A stretch of DNA of 63,795 bases, the filler included, from Octopus bimaculoides (Eukaryota): the NCBI RefSeq assembly GCF_001194135.2. It is 6 parts of 6 records of this genome, joined end to end, with 100 filler letters (N's around TTAATTAATTAA, not from the genome) between each part and the next. Parts side by side here need not be neighbours in the genome. Positions count along the whole stretch, not along the records: positions 1 to 15,008 come from NC_068989.1; 5 more parts are not named here. One strand, 5' to 3'. Shown in pieces: positions 1 to 12,869 of the stretch. The notes below the pieces were generated by a model that was not told the origin of the DNA, searched no databases, and was given only the letters and a program-made list of their open reading frames with translations. The translations under genes were made by a program, and so were the position numbers. Within the stretch, counting starts at the first letter, position 1. The number at the start of each line of letters is the position of its first letter.

Positions 1-34
<34 letters not shown>

Positions 35-202
35 GCATAACTCAACTTACATCGGTAAACTGATTCAAAAGCATGCGACTTAGCTTGAAGAAAGAGGTAA
101 CACGAAAACAGCATTTAAAAAAAATTCTTAGCTTATATCTACTTAAATAAACCGTCTGTACATATTTCCAGACGTATTTAATTTGATTTCCCAATCCAGT
201 AT

Positions 203-348
203 TGTGTCACGCTGAATCTCCTCAAGAATTACGTTAAAGGTTCACGTGTGTGTGGAGTGCTCAGCCACTTGCACGTTAAATTCACGAGCAGGCTGTTCCG
301 TTGATCGGATCAACTGGAACCCCCGTCGTCGTAACCGACGGAGTGCCA
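203..348 (+). mobile_element. 3' fragment of tRNA-derived SINE (family D here)
   Basis: Reverse-complement match to 1917-2065 (GTTCCGTTGATCGGATCAACTGGAACC...GTAACCGACGGAGTGCCA). Confidence 0.75.
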
Positions 349-772
349 TAGAGATATATAATGCAAAATAGGTCATAGAAAAGGAGTTACAAAGAATTCT
401 TCTATCATATCTTCGGGTTGACCAAAGCCTTTGTCTAGTGAGTGAAATTGGAAAGCCTGTATGTGATGAAAGTTAGTATATATGTGTGCGCACCCAATCG
501 ATTACTTAATACATTAAATTCCAGTATAATCAGAATATACACATCTGAAAGGTAATTGGAGAAAATTTCTTTAAAAAATATTCATCTTCCTTAAAATTAT
601 CAGGAAATAAAATAGACTCAAATGAATCCGCTACTTCCTCTCTCAAAAATGTTTTCGCAACAAATTCTGATAGGATCGTAATCTACACCATCTGAATAGT
701 ATTTATATAAAATCTCTGTCTGTCTATCTGTCTGTCTGCCTGTCAGTCTGTCTGTCTGTCTTCCTCTCTCTT

Positions 773-860
<88 letters not shown>

Positions 861-1599
861 ATTCTTTTGGAAACGGTGAAACTCGAAGCAGCTAAAGCTA
901 TAAATAATAGTAAGTAAATATTGGTCTAAAAAAACCCCTTAGAATAGAAAAAGTCGTAGGCTGTCCGTGGGACTCGAACCAAGAAGGCTATTTCGGATGG
1001 TTTCACTCTGCTTGAAAAGACAACGCTAGAAACAACAGCCAAGGTCTTCAACTGACGTGCTGCAGCTTGAAGCCTTCTTATTGGTTTTCCTCTTCTTCTG
1101 GTGAAAAAGGCTCCCGATCTTTGCTACAAGTACTTTTTCTGGCCTGTACCACCGTCCAGTACACCTCTTCTTCGTTCCATTTAATGAAGAATAACAGCGG
1201 AATAGCCTTGTATGTGACCATGAGGGAGTGTGGCCAAGTGGATAAGATATTGCACGCATAATCGTGAGATCATGGGTACGATTCCTAGACTGGATGGTGC
1301 ACCGTGTTTTTGAGCAGGGTACAAATATTTGATCACTAGAAACAAATTATCAGTGTAGGTGGTTCCGCAAAAAAATCACAGAACCGTCTTTCTAGGATCA
1401 AGAGGCTAATACTAATTAATTAATTAACTAATTAATTGACCTCGTGTGCATTCCAGAATAGCCTTGTATTTCGCGAATATCATGAGGATGTTGGTTTTCG
1501 TGTTCACATCACTAGACAACATATCCGCGCTGTACTGCAAATCTGATAACAAGCGTCAGGTCAACATCAGTTATATCCCTTTCAAATAACAGCTTCAAA

Positions 1600-1805
1600 C
1601 TTTGGAACAGGGCCGGCGGTTTTTGAGTGGAGGGAGTCAATTATATCGATCCGAAGTACTTGATTGGTACTTATTTTATCGACGCCGAAACGATGAAAGA
1701 CAAAGTCGACCTCGATGGAATTTGAACTAAGAACGTAAAGACGGACGAAATGCCGCTAAGCATTTTCCTGCGATGCGGTAACCATTCTGCCAGCTCACCA
1801 CCTTA
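1600..1805 (-). mobile_element. SINE family B copy
   Basis: Minus strand carries the recurrent head GGTGAGCTGGCAGAATGGTTA..CTTAGCGGCATTTCGTC..GTTCAAATTCC and body GTCGACTTTG..CATCGTTTCGGCGTCGATAAAATAAGTACC seen many times in the window. Confidence 0.8.
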
Positions 1806-1913
1806 ATCATGAAGAGATATTGCAACTGACATGTCACTAAAAGAATTGATTAAGAATCCTGTCAGAAATAATGAGCCATGTAACCATGAAGGGAAGACAT
1901 TAATAAAAGAACT

Positions 1914-2285
1914 TGTTGGCACTCCGTCGGTTACGACGACGTGGGTTCCAGTCGATCCGATCAACGGAACAGCCTGCTCGTGAAGTTAACGTGCAAGTGG
2001 CTGAGCATTCCACAGACTTGTGTACCCTTAATGTAGTTCTCGGGGAGATTCAGTGTGACAAGGCTGACCCTTTGAATTACAGGCACAACAGAGACAGGAA
2101 GTAAGAGTGAGAGAAAGTTGTGGTGGAAGAGTACAGTAGGGTTCGCCACCATCCCCTGCCGGAGCCTCGTGGAGCTTTAGGTGTTTTCGCTCAATAAACA
2201 CTCACAACGCCCGGTCTGGGAATCGAAACCGCGATCCTATGACCGCGAGTGTGCTGCTCTAACCAATGGGCCATTGCGCCTCCAC
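1914..2285 (-). mobile_element. Full-length tRNA-derived SINE (family D) with 13-bp TSD
   Basis: Minus strand begins GGAGGCGCAATGGCCCATTGGTTAG (A box) ... GGTTTCGATTCCC (B box); TAATAAAAGAACT is duplicated at 1901-1913 and 2286-2298. Confidence 0.85.
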
Positions 2286-2324
2286 TAATAAAAGAACTAA
2301 ACACACACTAATATTCTGGTAAAT

Positions 2325-2668
2325 ATTTAAAGCCGATCTCGGTGGAATTTGAGGTCAGAGCGTAAAGGAGCGACGGAATGCCGCTAAGCATTATTATCCA
2401 GGGTGTTAACGGTTCCGCCAGCTCACCGCCTTTAAATCTCCTTCAAATAATCCTTTCTACTATAGGTACAAGGCCTGAAGTTTTGCGGGAGTGGTTAGTC
2501 GATTACATCGATTCCAGTGCGTAACTGGTACTCATTTTATCGACCCTGAATGGATGAACGGCAAAAGTCAACATAGGCGGAATTTTAATTCAGAACGTGA
2601 AGACGGACAAAATGCCGCTAAGTATTTCGCCCGGCGTGCTAACGGTTCTGCCATATCGCCGCCTTTAG
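2325..2668 (-). mobile_element. Two adjacent SINE family B copies (one partial)
   Basis: GCCGCTAAG..CGCCAGCTCACCGCCTTTA at about 2380-2433 and a longer copy at about 2450-2668. Confidence 0.75.
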
Positions 2669-3029
2669 AACCGACTGTGTTTAACGCACAAGGACTCTAA
2701 GATAATGTTGACCTAGATATACTACATTCGAAGGAAAAGACATGAGGGTCACGGCTGAGACGTCTTTGAGCTTATTTCTCACCTGGAATTTTAATAAGGG
2801 CTGACCTTGGACTAAAATACAACGTTCATTTCTACTACTACTACTACTACTACTACTACTGTAATGATGTTGGCAGTACTTTGATAGGAGGTTAAGTGAG
2901 AGGTTGTGACATTCATCCATTGCTAACTTCATTTAAGAGTGAATTGTATGTAAAACTTGCCCAAGGCTCGACATCTTCCAATGCTATTGAGTTGGAGCCA
3001 TGATTAATGGGAGATATGTGTGTGTGCTT

Positions 3030-4214
3030 TTATGTGAGTGTGTGTGCGTGTTTACGTGTTTTTATGTGAATATATGTGATTGTGAGCGTGTATGAGTGTG
3101 TGTGTGTGTATATGTATATATATCCATATACGCATACACTTGTGAGCATAGACACACAAATGTAAACACAAACACACATACACGAAAATATGCATTTATA
3201 GGAACGCATGCACACACACACGTACACACACATAGGCACACACACACAAACCTACACACACAAAGTGACATGCACATAACCATACACATTGCTACATACG
3301 CACCGGCATACATGCACTCACACACACGCGCGCACGCATGCACACACATACTAGCACACGCGAGTGTTTACATACTATCACACATACATGCACACACATA
3401 GCGACACACAAACACACACACATGCACATGCATAGTTGCGCAGAAGCACACACACACACACACAGGAGCACACACATACACACACGCACGCACACATATG
3501 CACACACGTTGCGATATGTTCTTAACTACACACGCACACACACACACACGCATGCACATATAGCAGCACACGCACACACATGCACACACACATACACACA
3601 CACACATACACACATACACACAGACACACACACACACACACACACACACATACGCATTCATTCGCATAAGCATACAAAGGCAGACATCTTGAGGATGTAC
3701 GTTACGAAGAACTAGAGAACGGAAGTAGACGTGTGGCGCCATCTATGCGGTTTGAATGGTTTACAATGGCAAAGATGGTCTGATTTAAGTTTAATGTGTG
3801 CTGTGTGTGTATATATATGTGTATATATATGTGTGTGAATATACATATATATGTGTGTGTGTGTATATATATTTATATATATATATATATATATATGCAT
3901 GTTTGTGAATGTGTGTGTATTGGGATGCGTATACAAATGCGTGTGTTTGCGCATGCGTATGTTCATCTATAAGTGTACATGCGCTGGTGTGTCCGTATGG
4001 GTATGATTGTACGATTAGGAGCATGAATGTGTGTGTGCGTGTGTGTGTTGTCTTTGAGAGTGATTGTTAGGCCTTTGGTAATTTATCACTATTGTCCTTG
4101 TAGTCGTTACAGAAACACCGAGAACTGCTGCTGCTGCTGACAGAGGTACAGACTCAGAGACACGCAAACACACACACACGCACATTCATACACGCACACC
4201 TTATACATGCACAC
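3030..4214. repeat. Degenerate (CA/TG/TA)n low-complexity block
   Basis: Continuous CA/TG/TA dinucleotide-rich sequence; source of the HT/CV-repeat ORFs. Confidence 0.95.
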
Positions 4215-4450
4215 NNNNNNNNNNNNNNNNNNNNNNNNNNNNNNNNNNNNNNNNNNNNNNNNNNNNNNNNNNNNNNNNNNNNNNNNNNNNNNNNNNNNNN
4301 NNNNNNNNNNNNNNNNNNNNNNNNNNNNNNNNNNNNNNNNNNNNNNNNNNNNNNNNNNNNNNNNNNNNNNNNNNNNNNNNNNNNNNNNNNNNNNNNNNNN
4401 NNNNNNNNNNNNNNNNNNNNNNNNNNNNNNNNNNNNNNNNNNNNNNNNNN

Positions 4451-4498
<48 letters not shown>

Positions 4499-4543
4499 TG
4501 AGAGAGAGAGAGATTAAACACACAGTCTGATAGATAGACTGAC

Positions 4544-4607
<64 letters not shown>

Positions 4608-4704
4608 TAGACACACAGACTGACAGATAGACAACTAACAGACAGACAGACAGACAGATGGATGGATGGATGGATGGATAGATAGATAGATGGATGGATG
4701 GATC

Positions 4705-4763
<59 letters not shown>

Positions 4764-4765
4764 CA
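4451..4765. repeat. Compound (GATA)n/(GACA)n/(GGAT)n microsatellite
   Basis: Directly visible tetranucleotide arrays. Confidence 0.95.
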
Positions 4766-4888
4766 CAATATCGTTCACACACGCTGTTCCAGTCCTTTAG
4801 TTATATTTTATAGACGCTGCCGTCAGAGAATACTAATAAGTCAAGGGATAAAATCTTCGCTCTGTACCCATTTATTGTTAGCAGCACG

Positions 4889-5125
4889 TAAGGCGGCGAG
4901 CGGCCAGAATCGTTAACGTGCTGGGCAAAATACTTATCGCCATCTTCGTCGCTTTTGACGTTCTGTGTTCAAATTATTCCGTAGTCGATTTTGCCTTTCA
5001 TCTTTTCGAGGATGATAAAATAGTTACCAGTTAAGCTCTGGGGGTCGAGGTAATCGACTGGGTCAGGGGGCGAGGGTCTCGCCCCCGAATTTTTACGCCT
5101 TGTGCCTATAATAAAAAGTGATTAT
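4889..5125 (+). mobile_element. SINE family B copy
   Basis: TAAGGCGGCGAGCGGCCAGAATCGTTA head through ...CCTTGTGCCTATAATAAAAAG tail. Confidence 0.8.
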
Positions 5126-5256
5126 AAAATAGCACGGACTCGCAGGAACATGTGTAGAGACTTTTAATAAGCAGACGATTGCTAATCGAATTAGTTGAGT
5201 TGCTCTCTGTATTCAGGCAGTATGACTGTGTCTTTATATCTGTCTATCTATCTATC

Positions 5257-6273
5257 TGGCAGTGCTATCGAGAAGCACTACCCGTTCGGGATAAGCTCTA
5301 CAGGCATGGCTCGAGAAACACGGGGCCGACCTGTCCGAGGTGCGGGCAGAGCGACGAAACCGTTCTGCACGCACTCGTACAGTGTCCCACCATTTCCGAG
5401 CTGTGGGCTTACGTCGAACAACTGCTATCGCGTGTGGGACGAGTCGGTCTATCAGCCGAGTCTATCGTGAATATTGTCGCGCCTCCTTCCTTTAAACGGG
5501 AAGGAAGAGCTATTTTCATCGTACTTGTGGCTATGGCGAAAGAATGTGTATGGTGGACGCGTCTGAAAGGTCTAGAGACAAAGACTTTCCTCTCTGGGCA
5601 ATCTCTCATCAACTTNNNNNNNNNNNNNNNNNNNNNNNNNNNNNNNNNNNNNNNNNNNNNNNNNNNNNNNNNNNNNNNNNNNNNNNNNNNNNNNNNNNNN
5701 NNNNNNNNNNNNNNNNNNNNNNNNNNNNNNNNNNNNNNNNNNNNNNNNNNNNNNNNNNNNNNNNNNNNNNNNNNNNNNNNNNNNNNNNNNNNNNNNNNNN
5801 NNNNNNNNNNNNNNNNNNNNNNNNNNNNNNNNNNNNNNNNNNNNNNNNNNNNNNNNNNNNNNNNNNNNNNNNNNNNNNNNNNNNNNNNNNNNNNNNNNNN
5901 NNNNNNNNNNNNNNNNNNNNNNNNNNNNNNNNNNNNNNNNNNNNNNNNNNNNNNNNNNNNNNNNNNNNNNNNNNNNNNNNNNNNNNNNNNNNNNNNNNNN
6001 NNNNNNNNNNNNNNNNNNNNNNNNNNNNNNNNNNNNNNNNNNNNNNNNNNNNNNNNNNNNNNNNNNNNNNNNNNNNNNNNNNNNNNNNNNNNNNNNNNNN
6101 NNNNNNNNNNNNNNNNNNNNNNNNNNNNNNNNNNNNNNNNNNNNNNNNNNNNNNNNNNNNNNNNNNNNNNNNNNNNNNNNNNNNNNNNNNNNNCCTTCCC
6201 CCTCCCAAAAAGAAAAGCTCTACATTGTATTTGTCCCATCTTCGTTGAGCCCTGTGTGGCTAATAAAAGAAAT
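5257..6273 (+). mobile_element. 5'-truncated Tx1/L1-like LINE, C-terminal zinc-binding region of ORF2 plus 3' tail (interrupted by an N gap)
   Basis: Frame reads WQCYREALPVRDKLYRHG..TCPRCGQSDETVLHALVQCPTISELW..AKECVWWTR, a CxxC..ETxxH..C motif typical of the LINE C-terminal zf-RVT domain; tail ends GTGGCTAATAAAAGAAAT; both flanks are (TATC)n. Confidence 0.85.
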
Positions 6274-6274
6274 G

Positions 6275-6326
<52 letters not shown>

Positions 6327-6390
6327 AATCAATCAATCTATCTATCTATCTGTCTATCTATCTATCTGTTTGTCTGTCTGTCTGTCTGTA

Positions 6391-6660
6391 TTTGTGAGTG
6401 GATTTGGGAAACAGAAACTGCAAGAAGCCCGTCGTATATGTGTGCGCGTGTGTTTGTGTCTGTGTTTGTCCCCTCACCATCGCTTGTCAACCGATGCTGG
6501 TGTGTTTACGTACCCGTAAATCTAGTGGTTTGACAAAAGACCAATAGAATAAGTACTATGCTCACTGGGAATAAGTCCTAAGATCAATTTCTTCGACTAA
6601 ATGACCCTTTACGATAGTGCTCCAGCATGACTGCAGTCGAATGACTGAAACAAGTAAAAA
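6391..6660 (+). mobile_element. SINE family A, 3' two-thirds
   Basis: GTGAGTGGATTTGGGAAACAGAAACTG..AAGCCCGTCG .. GTGCTCCAGCATGACTGCAGTC..GACTGAAACAAGTAAAA. Confidence 0.85.
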
Positions 6661-6838
6661 AAATAAAAGAATACATACGTTGAAGGAATAATTCCAAGTG
6701 GCTATTTGTGTTCCTATGTGTTCGTTCCGTTGTCTGTAGTTCATTTTTCTAACGTCCTGTACCCGAATATGCATCTATATACACATGTAGATGTAAGTAT
6801 GTACATATATGTGTTTATACATGCTTATATATCCTTTG

Positions 6839-6881
<43 letters not shown>

Positions 6882-7819
6882 CAATCCAAACATGAACAAG
6901 CAAGAAAAAAACAACAACGCGAGGACGTGGAATAAGTACAGTGTTATTGGACGCTCAGGAAAGGAAAGAAAAGAAAGAGGATTTCATTTTTCGAGCGGTG
7001 CTCTTCATCATAAATATAGAAAAGTCCAAAGAAGGGAAGACAGAGAAAGAAAATCTCCAACGATACACACGCGGTATGCATGTGTATATGGTTGTGTATG
7101 TACGTATTAATTACTGTTAGGGATACAGTATTTCGTTTTTGCAGCCAAAATATATATTACAAAGTATATTAAATGTTTACAAGTTACTATTGTGCCTTAA
7201 CTTGGGTTAGCAGTGCAGTGCATTCACTTTTAAGTCTATATCTATAGATTTCCTATAGAATTAAGAGCCAGCATTGTAATTTACTAAGTTTCGTAAACGA
7301 ATACATCTATGTAAACAAAGTAATCGAAGATAAAAAAAAGATAGGTAATGGGTGTATATGCATATTTCAAGAGTTATTGCTCTATTATCAGTACCATATC
7401 TGACCCATTAACTATCCATGAATACATTGCTTAAATACCCATTATGTTTAGCCGTATAACGCTACTGAATTGATCGATTTGCATATTAAACACATTCCTG
7501 ACAGCTGGTATGTAAATATTAATTGTTAGCAAGGATGCAGTATTTCATTTTGCAACCATAATACACTCCATGTACGTGTTCGCGTGTTCGTCCATCGGAG
7601 TGATAAGGACCGTCTAATCATCCTATCCTTAAGGATGACTGATGACTTGCACAGTAACTTTGTTTAAAGTAAACAGTTGCACATCGTCATCTTTCTCATG
7701 CGTGACCATCTTCAATCTAGTAGCAAGACCAGGTCAAGACACCTGAAGATGGAGATGGATGCAATGGACGACAAAGTTATCTTACTTTTTTCCCCATCTT
7801 GTTCTCTGCAATCCACAAT

Positions 7820-8075
7820 GTGCAGCCGCAGCTGCCGTTCTCCTCGTTGAACCATGAAAGTTTCTTCTGCAAGACCTGCTGGATCCAGTCCTCATACGCA
7901 TAGCCCTAATATATTAATTAACCAAAAGCTGAGACCCTGATGAGTGCTACTACTTCAGGTCAGAGTAGACTTGGGAACAATGATGGTTAAGCGATGGGTC
8001 CACACTCTTCAAAAATCCTGGGATTTCCGAACCAGGCTCTCACTACCAAATGCAGTTTAAAGTCATACCCAAGAC
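7820..8075 (+). repeat. Dispersed repeat, second copy at about 26990-27230
   Basis: Shared TTCTCCT..GTTGAACCATGAAA, GGTCAGAGTAGA.TGGGA.CAAT and GAACCAGGC..GCAGTTT..AGTCATACC blocks. Confidence 0.6.
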
Positions 8076-8607
8076 GAATACACACATGTCTGTACACATA
8101 CGCATATATATACACACATACATATATACACGCACAGACACATTGTTTGGTGATCGCTTGAATTCAGAAAGAGAGAAAAACATATCCAACATAGAGTGTA
8201 GATTTCGCATATTTTATTAAAATATCTGAAAACTTTACTTTGGGTTTCAAGATACCGATTATTCAAACGACTGAAGTTGATGAACACAACTATTCGGAAA
8301 CTCATCGATAAATGGTTAGTCATCGCGATTTCACTGGTTCCAGAAAGAATCGTTGGGAAACTTGCCACACATTTGGTTATTCAGTTATTATGCGTAGAAC
8401 ACAAGATATTTTAAGTAATTCCACGCAAAAATACGTAATATTTTCATGTCTTCAGGATCTTTTGTGTAAACCACTCGGTGAAATAAACTGGCTGAGATAA
8501 AATCTATACGCACACACGCACACACAACGCACACACACGCACGCACACGCACACACACACACACACACACTCTTACACACACATACCTATGTATGTATTT
8601 GTGTGGG

Positions 8608-8662
<55 letters not shown>

Positions 8663-8889
8663 ATGCATGTATGTATGTATATATATATATGTGTGAGTAT
8701 GTGTAAGTATGTGTGAGTGCGTGCGTGTGAGGGCGTGTGTATGTGAGTCGTAGCACGAATTTCACGTCACAATTCGGCTTAAATATATATACGTATTGAG
8801 GACATTATTTGTCTTTCATTGACAACCTAGAGCTTTCTCACACACACACATACACACAGCAGGAGAGAGAGAGTATGTAAGTGCATGCC

Positions 8890-8942
<53 letters not shown>

Positions 8943-9465
8943 TTATNNNNNNNNNNTGTGTGTGTGTGTGTGTGTGTGTGTATTTATGGGTTTACACTTT
9001 AAAGGACATTACGCCAATAATTTATAGCCGACACTTTTCCTTTTCCAGGCTAGTTTTATAGTCTTCTAAATAATAATTTAAATAATTAATTCAATATGTA
9101 ATAAATCTGTAATTAGTATGTAATAAATTATCTTTTAATTACTATATTTCTACTGTGAAGCCTCTTAAATTTAAAATTTATTACTCTCAGCATTATACAT
9201 ACCATGAAAGCTATATAACAGAATATATATATATATATATATATATATACTCGCACACATACACACACACACTTGCACATAAACACACGTGCACACACAC
9301 ATACTGGGGAGAAAGAGGAACTGCGAGAAACAAATGTACACAAACACTCATATATATATGTATATGAAAACTTTACTCCGTATATACATCATATGCGTTA
9401 TATACCAGTACTTCTGCCTACATATACTTATGTACATGAACTTTACCTCGTATATTCATCACGTG

Positions 9466-9500
<35 letters not shown>

Positions 9501-9978
9501 NNNNNNNNNNNNNNNNNNNNNNNNNNNNNNNNNNNNNNNNNNNNNNNNNNNNNNNNNNNNNNNNNNNNNNNNNNNNNNNNNNNNNNNNNNNNNNNNNNNN
9601 NNNNNNNNNNNNNNNNNNNNNNNNNNNNNNNNNNNNNNNNNNNNNNNNNNNNNNNNNNNNNNNNNNNNNNNNNNNNNNNNNNNNNNNNNNNNNNNNAACT
9701 CTTCGAAACGCCGGTGTTTTAATGGTGGCAGCTGATGAAGGATATGTTCTCTATGTGGCCTGCTTGTTTGTTGTACCTTGTTTATCATTTTGTCCATGTT
9801 CTTTTGCAACGTCATGTACCCAGATATGTATCTATATGTACATGTAGATGAAGGTATGTACATACATGTACATATACATGCATATACTCATATATTGTTT
9901 ATATATATATATATATATATATGAATTCTATCTACCAATGCGGTGTTGAGCACTAATTTTCATCGTTCGCGCTTTACG

Positions 9979-10009
<31 letters not shown>

Positions 10010-10301
10010 GTGTGTGTGAATGCATGTGTGTGTATGAGTGCATACGTGTGAATATTTATGTATCTGTAAATGTATGCGTATGTATGTGCTTGTACTAGAT
10101 TTACAGAATCCTTACAGGCTCTTTTTCGTTTTCCTCCAACCACTTGAATGATTTTTTTTTTCAATTCTCCATGGATTATTTTCAAATTTTCCACAGAGGT
10201 GTAAATTTGCAAGTTAATGATGACCGTCAGCTTTAATTTTCATCGTTCAGAAATCGATAAGTTAAAATATCGATAAAAGATTGATAAAATAAAGTCATAT
10301 A

Positions 10302-10706
10302 CAGTAGAACATTACAATACGAGTGCATCATTGTACGTGTAATTTGCTGTACGAACCGAGACCCGAGCGAATTTTTGTCTTGAAGTACGAGCGGAAATCC
10401 GCAGTACGAGCGGAAATCCGCAGTACGAGCACACAAATCGTCCCATCTTCAAGGTAACTCAGTTAATGAAACCACTTTACATATTTCTTTTACATTCTCT
10501 TTTTCATAATTGTCATTTTACTTGTAACTACATCTTTTCTGCTTTAAAACGCCCAAAGAATTATTCTTGAGTGGTTTTGTGGGGGCTGGAGCGGATTAAT
10601 TATACTTCAGTTAATTTCAACGGGAAAAATTGATTTGTAAAACGAGTAACTCGAAAAACGAGCTCGGTCATGGAACGAATTAAACTCGTATTGAGAGGTA
10701 TCACTG
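10302..10706. mobile_element. pogo/Tigger-like (Tc1/mariner superfamily) MITE
   Basis: TA|CAGTAGAACATTACAATACGAG ... CTCGTATTGAGAGGTATCACTG|TA: imperfect 22-bp TIRs starting CAGT, TA on both sides, no ORF. Confidence 0.75.
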
Positions 10707-11156
10707 TACTGACATCGATCTATAATATCACGCCCAGCGCTGGATTAACCATTAAGCAAAATAAGCACATGCTTAGGGCATCAAGGGAAGGAGGGCGCAC
10801 CACAGAAATGGTAAATGGCTTACGGCACAAAAGAAATCACTTAAAACTTGCTAAAATAATATCCGTTGTCAAACAAAAAGAAAAAAGAAGAGAAAGAAAG
10901 AAATTGCGGTGCAGGCGTAGCTGTGTGGTTAAGAAGCTTGCCAACCAACCAGCTATGTGGTCTTTAACGGGATTCGAAACCTCATCGTCTGTTTTACACA
11001 CGATAAGTAATTACTGTCGAACCGAGTGAAAAGTAAACTATTTCATTAAATGGAAAACATCAGGGGAAGACAGATGGCATGTCACGTGAATGACACAAGA
11101 CACAAAACACGCATGCGTGCTTGCAATGTATGTTTATACGTGTTTGTGATTGAGTC

Positions 11157-11199
<43 letters not shown>

Positions 11200-11559
11200 A
11201 GTAAAGAGAAGCTATTTCCTATATCACACCGTTAAGTGGAGTTGATTTCCAAAATTTTTACTGCTGTTTAGACGCCATCTCAAGTGGCTATTCGTATTCC
11301 TGTTGTTGTTGTTGTTATGGCTTAAATGTTATTTCTGTCTTGTTGTTCTTGTTGCTTTCATTATTGTTGTTGTTGTTGTTGATGATGTACTTCTTGGTTT
11401 TGCTTTGCCGTGTGTTTTTCTTTTTTTTACCTTCGTTATCATTATTGTTGTTATTGTTGTTATTGGTACTGGTAGTCATGGTGACAACGATGGCGGAGAA
11501 GTTTGTGATGACGATAATAGTGATGATGAAATTTATAATATTGGTTTCAAATTTTGGCA

Positions 11560-11909
11560 CAAGGCCAGCAATTTCAGAGGAGTGGGGTAAATGGATTATA
11601 TCAACCCCACTGCTCGACTGGTACTTATTTTATCGACCCCGGAAGGATAAAAAGCAAAGTCAACTACGGCGGTATTTGAACTCAGTGCGCAAAATCAAAG
11701 AAATGCTACTAATCATCATTCCTGGGACGGTAACGATTCCGTTTGCTCATTTCTACTATAGCACAAGGCCTGCAATTTTAGAGGGAAGGAGGGGTGCGTC
11801 GGTTACATTGAATCCAGTGCTCAAGTAGTACTTATTTCATCCACTCCGAGAGAGTAAAAGGCAAAGTCGACCTCAGCGGAATTTGAGCTCAAAGCATATA
11901 GACGGATGA

Positions 11910-11910
<1 letters not shown>
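11560..11910 (-). mobile_element. Two tandem SINE family B copies
   Basis: CACAAGGCC..AATTT tail and AAAAGGCAAAGTCGACCTC/AAAGCAAAGTCAACTAC bodies in reverse orientation. Confidence 0.75.
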
Positions 11911-11942
<32 letters not shown>

Positions 11943-11943
<1 letters not shown>

Positions 11944-12154
11944 TCAGACAAATACATAACAAAAATACCAGGACTTACAAATATATATAACATACAGAAA
12001 ATTGCACTACTGGGTACTGCACACATTCTACGCAAAACACTTTCAATACAGTAAACATAAGAGCACCACAGCAAACCACAGCACATACCCAAGGCGCACA
12101 GAGCTGCGCTCGGTAGTGAAGTGAAAGCACGTTATAAAAATAAAACTACTGAAC
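11943..12154 (+). mobile_element. 3' end of R4/Dong-like non-LTR retrotransposon inside (AAT)n
   Basis: Encodes DKYITKIPGLTNIYNIQKIALLGTAHILRKTLSIQ*; near-identical to 18395-18599; (AAT)n on both sides. Confidence 0.85.
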
Positions 12155-12289
12155 AATAATAATAATAATAATAATAATAACAAGAGGATTCAGAGAGAGC
12201 GAACCTCTGGCAAAGCAACACCAACGTCCTCTCAACGATTAGCCAGAGATGATTTTTAAAATGAGAACATCTAAAAACGAACTGTATGA

Positions 12290-12500
12290 ACCCGATCGCT
12301 CTCAAAAATTAAGTAAAAAAAAAAAAACAGGAAAATAATCTAGAATCCTTGTCCGGTATACCGCATCGATCTCAAAATCTAATCACTTCGTGCCAGTCAC
12401 GAGGCCAAACTTTCTTGAAAGTTTCATCCGGATCCATCCGGCGGTTCTTGAGATATCTTGTCCACGGACAAACAAACAAACAAACAAACACGACTGAAGG
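12290..12500 (+). mobile_element. Possible Helentron-associated (DINE/HINE-like) non-autonomous fragment
   Basis: AAAGTTTCATCCGGATCCATCCGGCGGTTCTTGAGATATC..GGACAAACAAACAAAC..GACTGAA resembles the recurrent core plus microsatellite of such elements; recognition only. Confidence 0.35.
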
Positions 12501-12501
12501 C

Positions 12502-12563
<62 letters not shown>

Positions 12564-12869
12564 GCTTCTGATCTTAACTGACTGGAAGTGTTACCATGTT
12601 CATTGTTTTGTCTTGGTATAAAAAGATGCACCACGGCAAATTTTCTGCTCAGTACCACATATTTGCTTGTCAGTTATTTGACCTTAACCAGTTGAGCATG
12701 TCCCTTATGGCCGACGATATGTGCATCTCTGATCATGAGCAGAAGTAGTGGGGGAGCATCATGGCCATGTGTTGAGAGGAATTCTTTGGGGGTTTGGATA
12801 ATTCACCTTTGGAAGCATGGGTGTTTCGTTCAGTATCTCTAAACAACACTATCATCGAGACAATAAAAT

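Noticed and set aside
961-1260. ORFs at 1026-1261 as possible DDX20 downstream exons
   Set aside because: No DEAD-box motifs in the minus-strand translations I examined.
2205-2285. tRNA-like sequences with A and B boxes (also about 1222-1290, 26450-26525, 56441-56510 and the SINE-A/B heads)
   Set aside because: They continue into SINE bodies and lack a complete cloverleaf, so they are SINE heads rather than tRNA genes.
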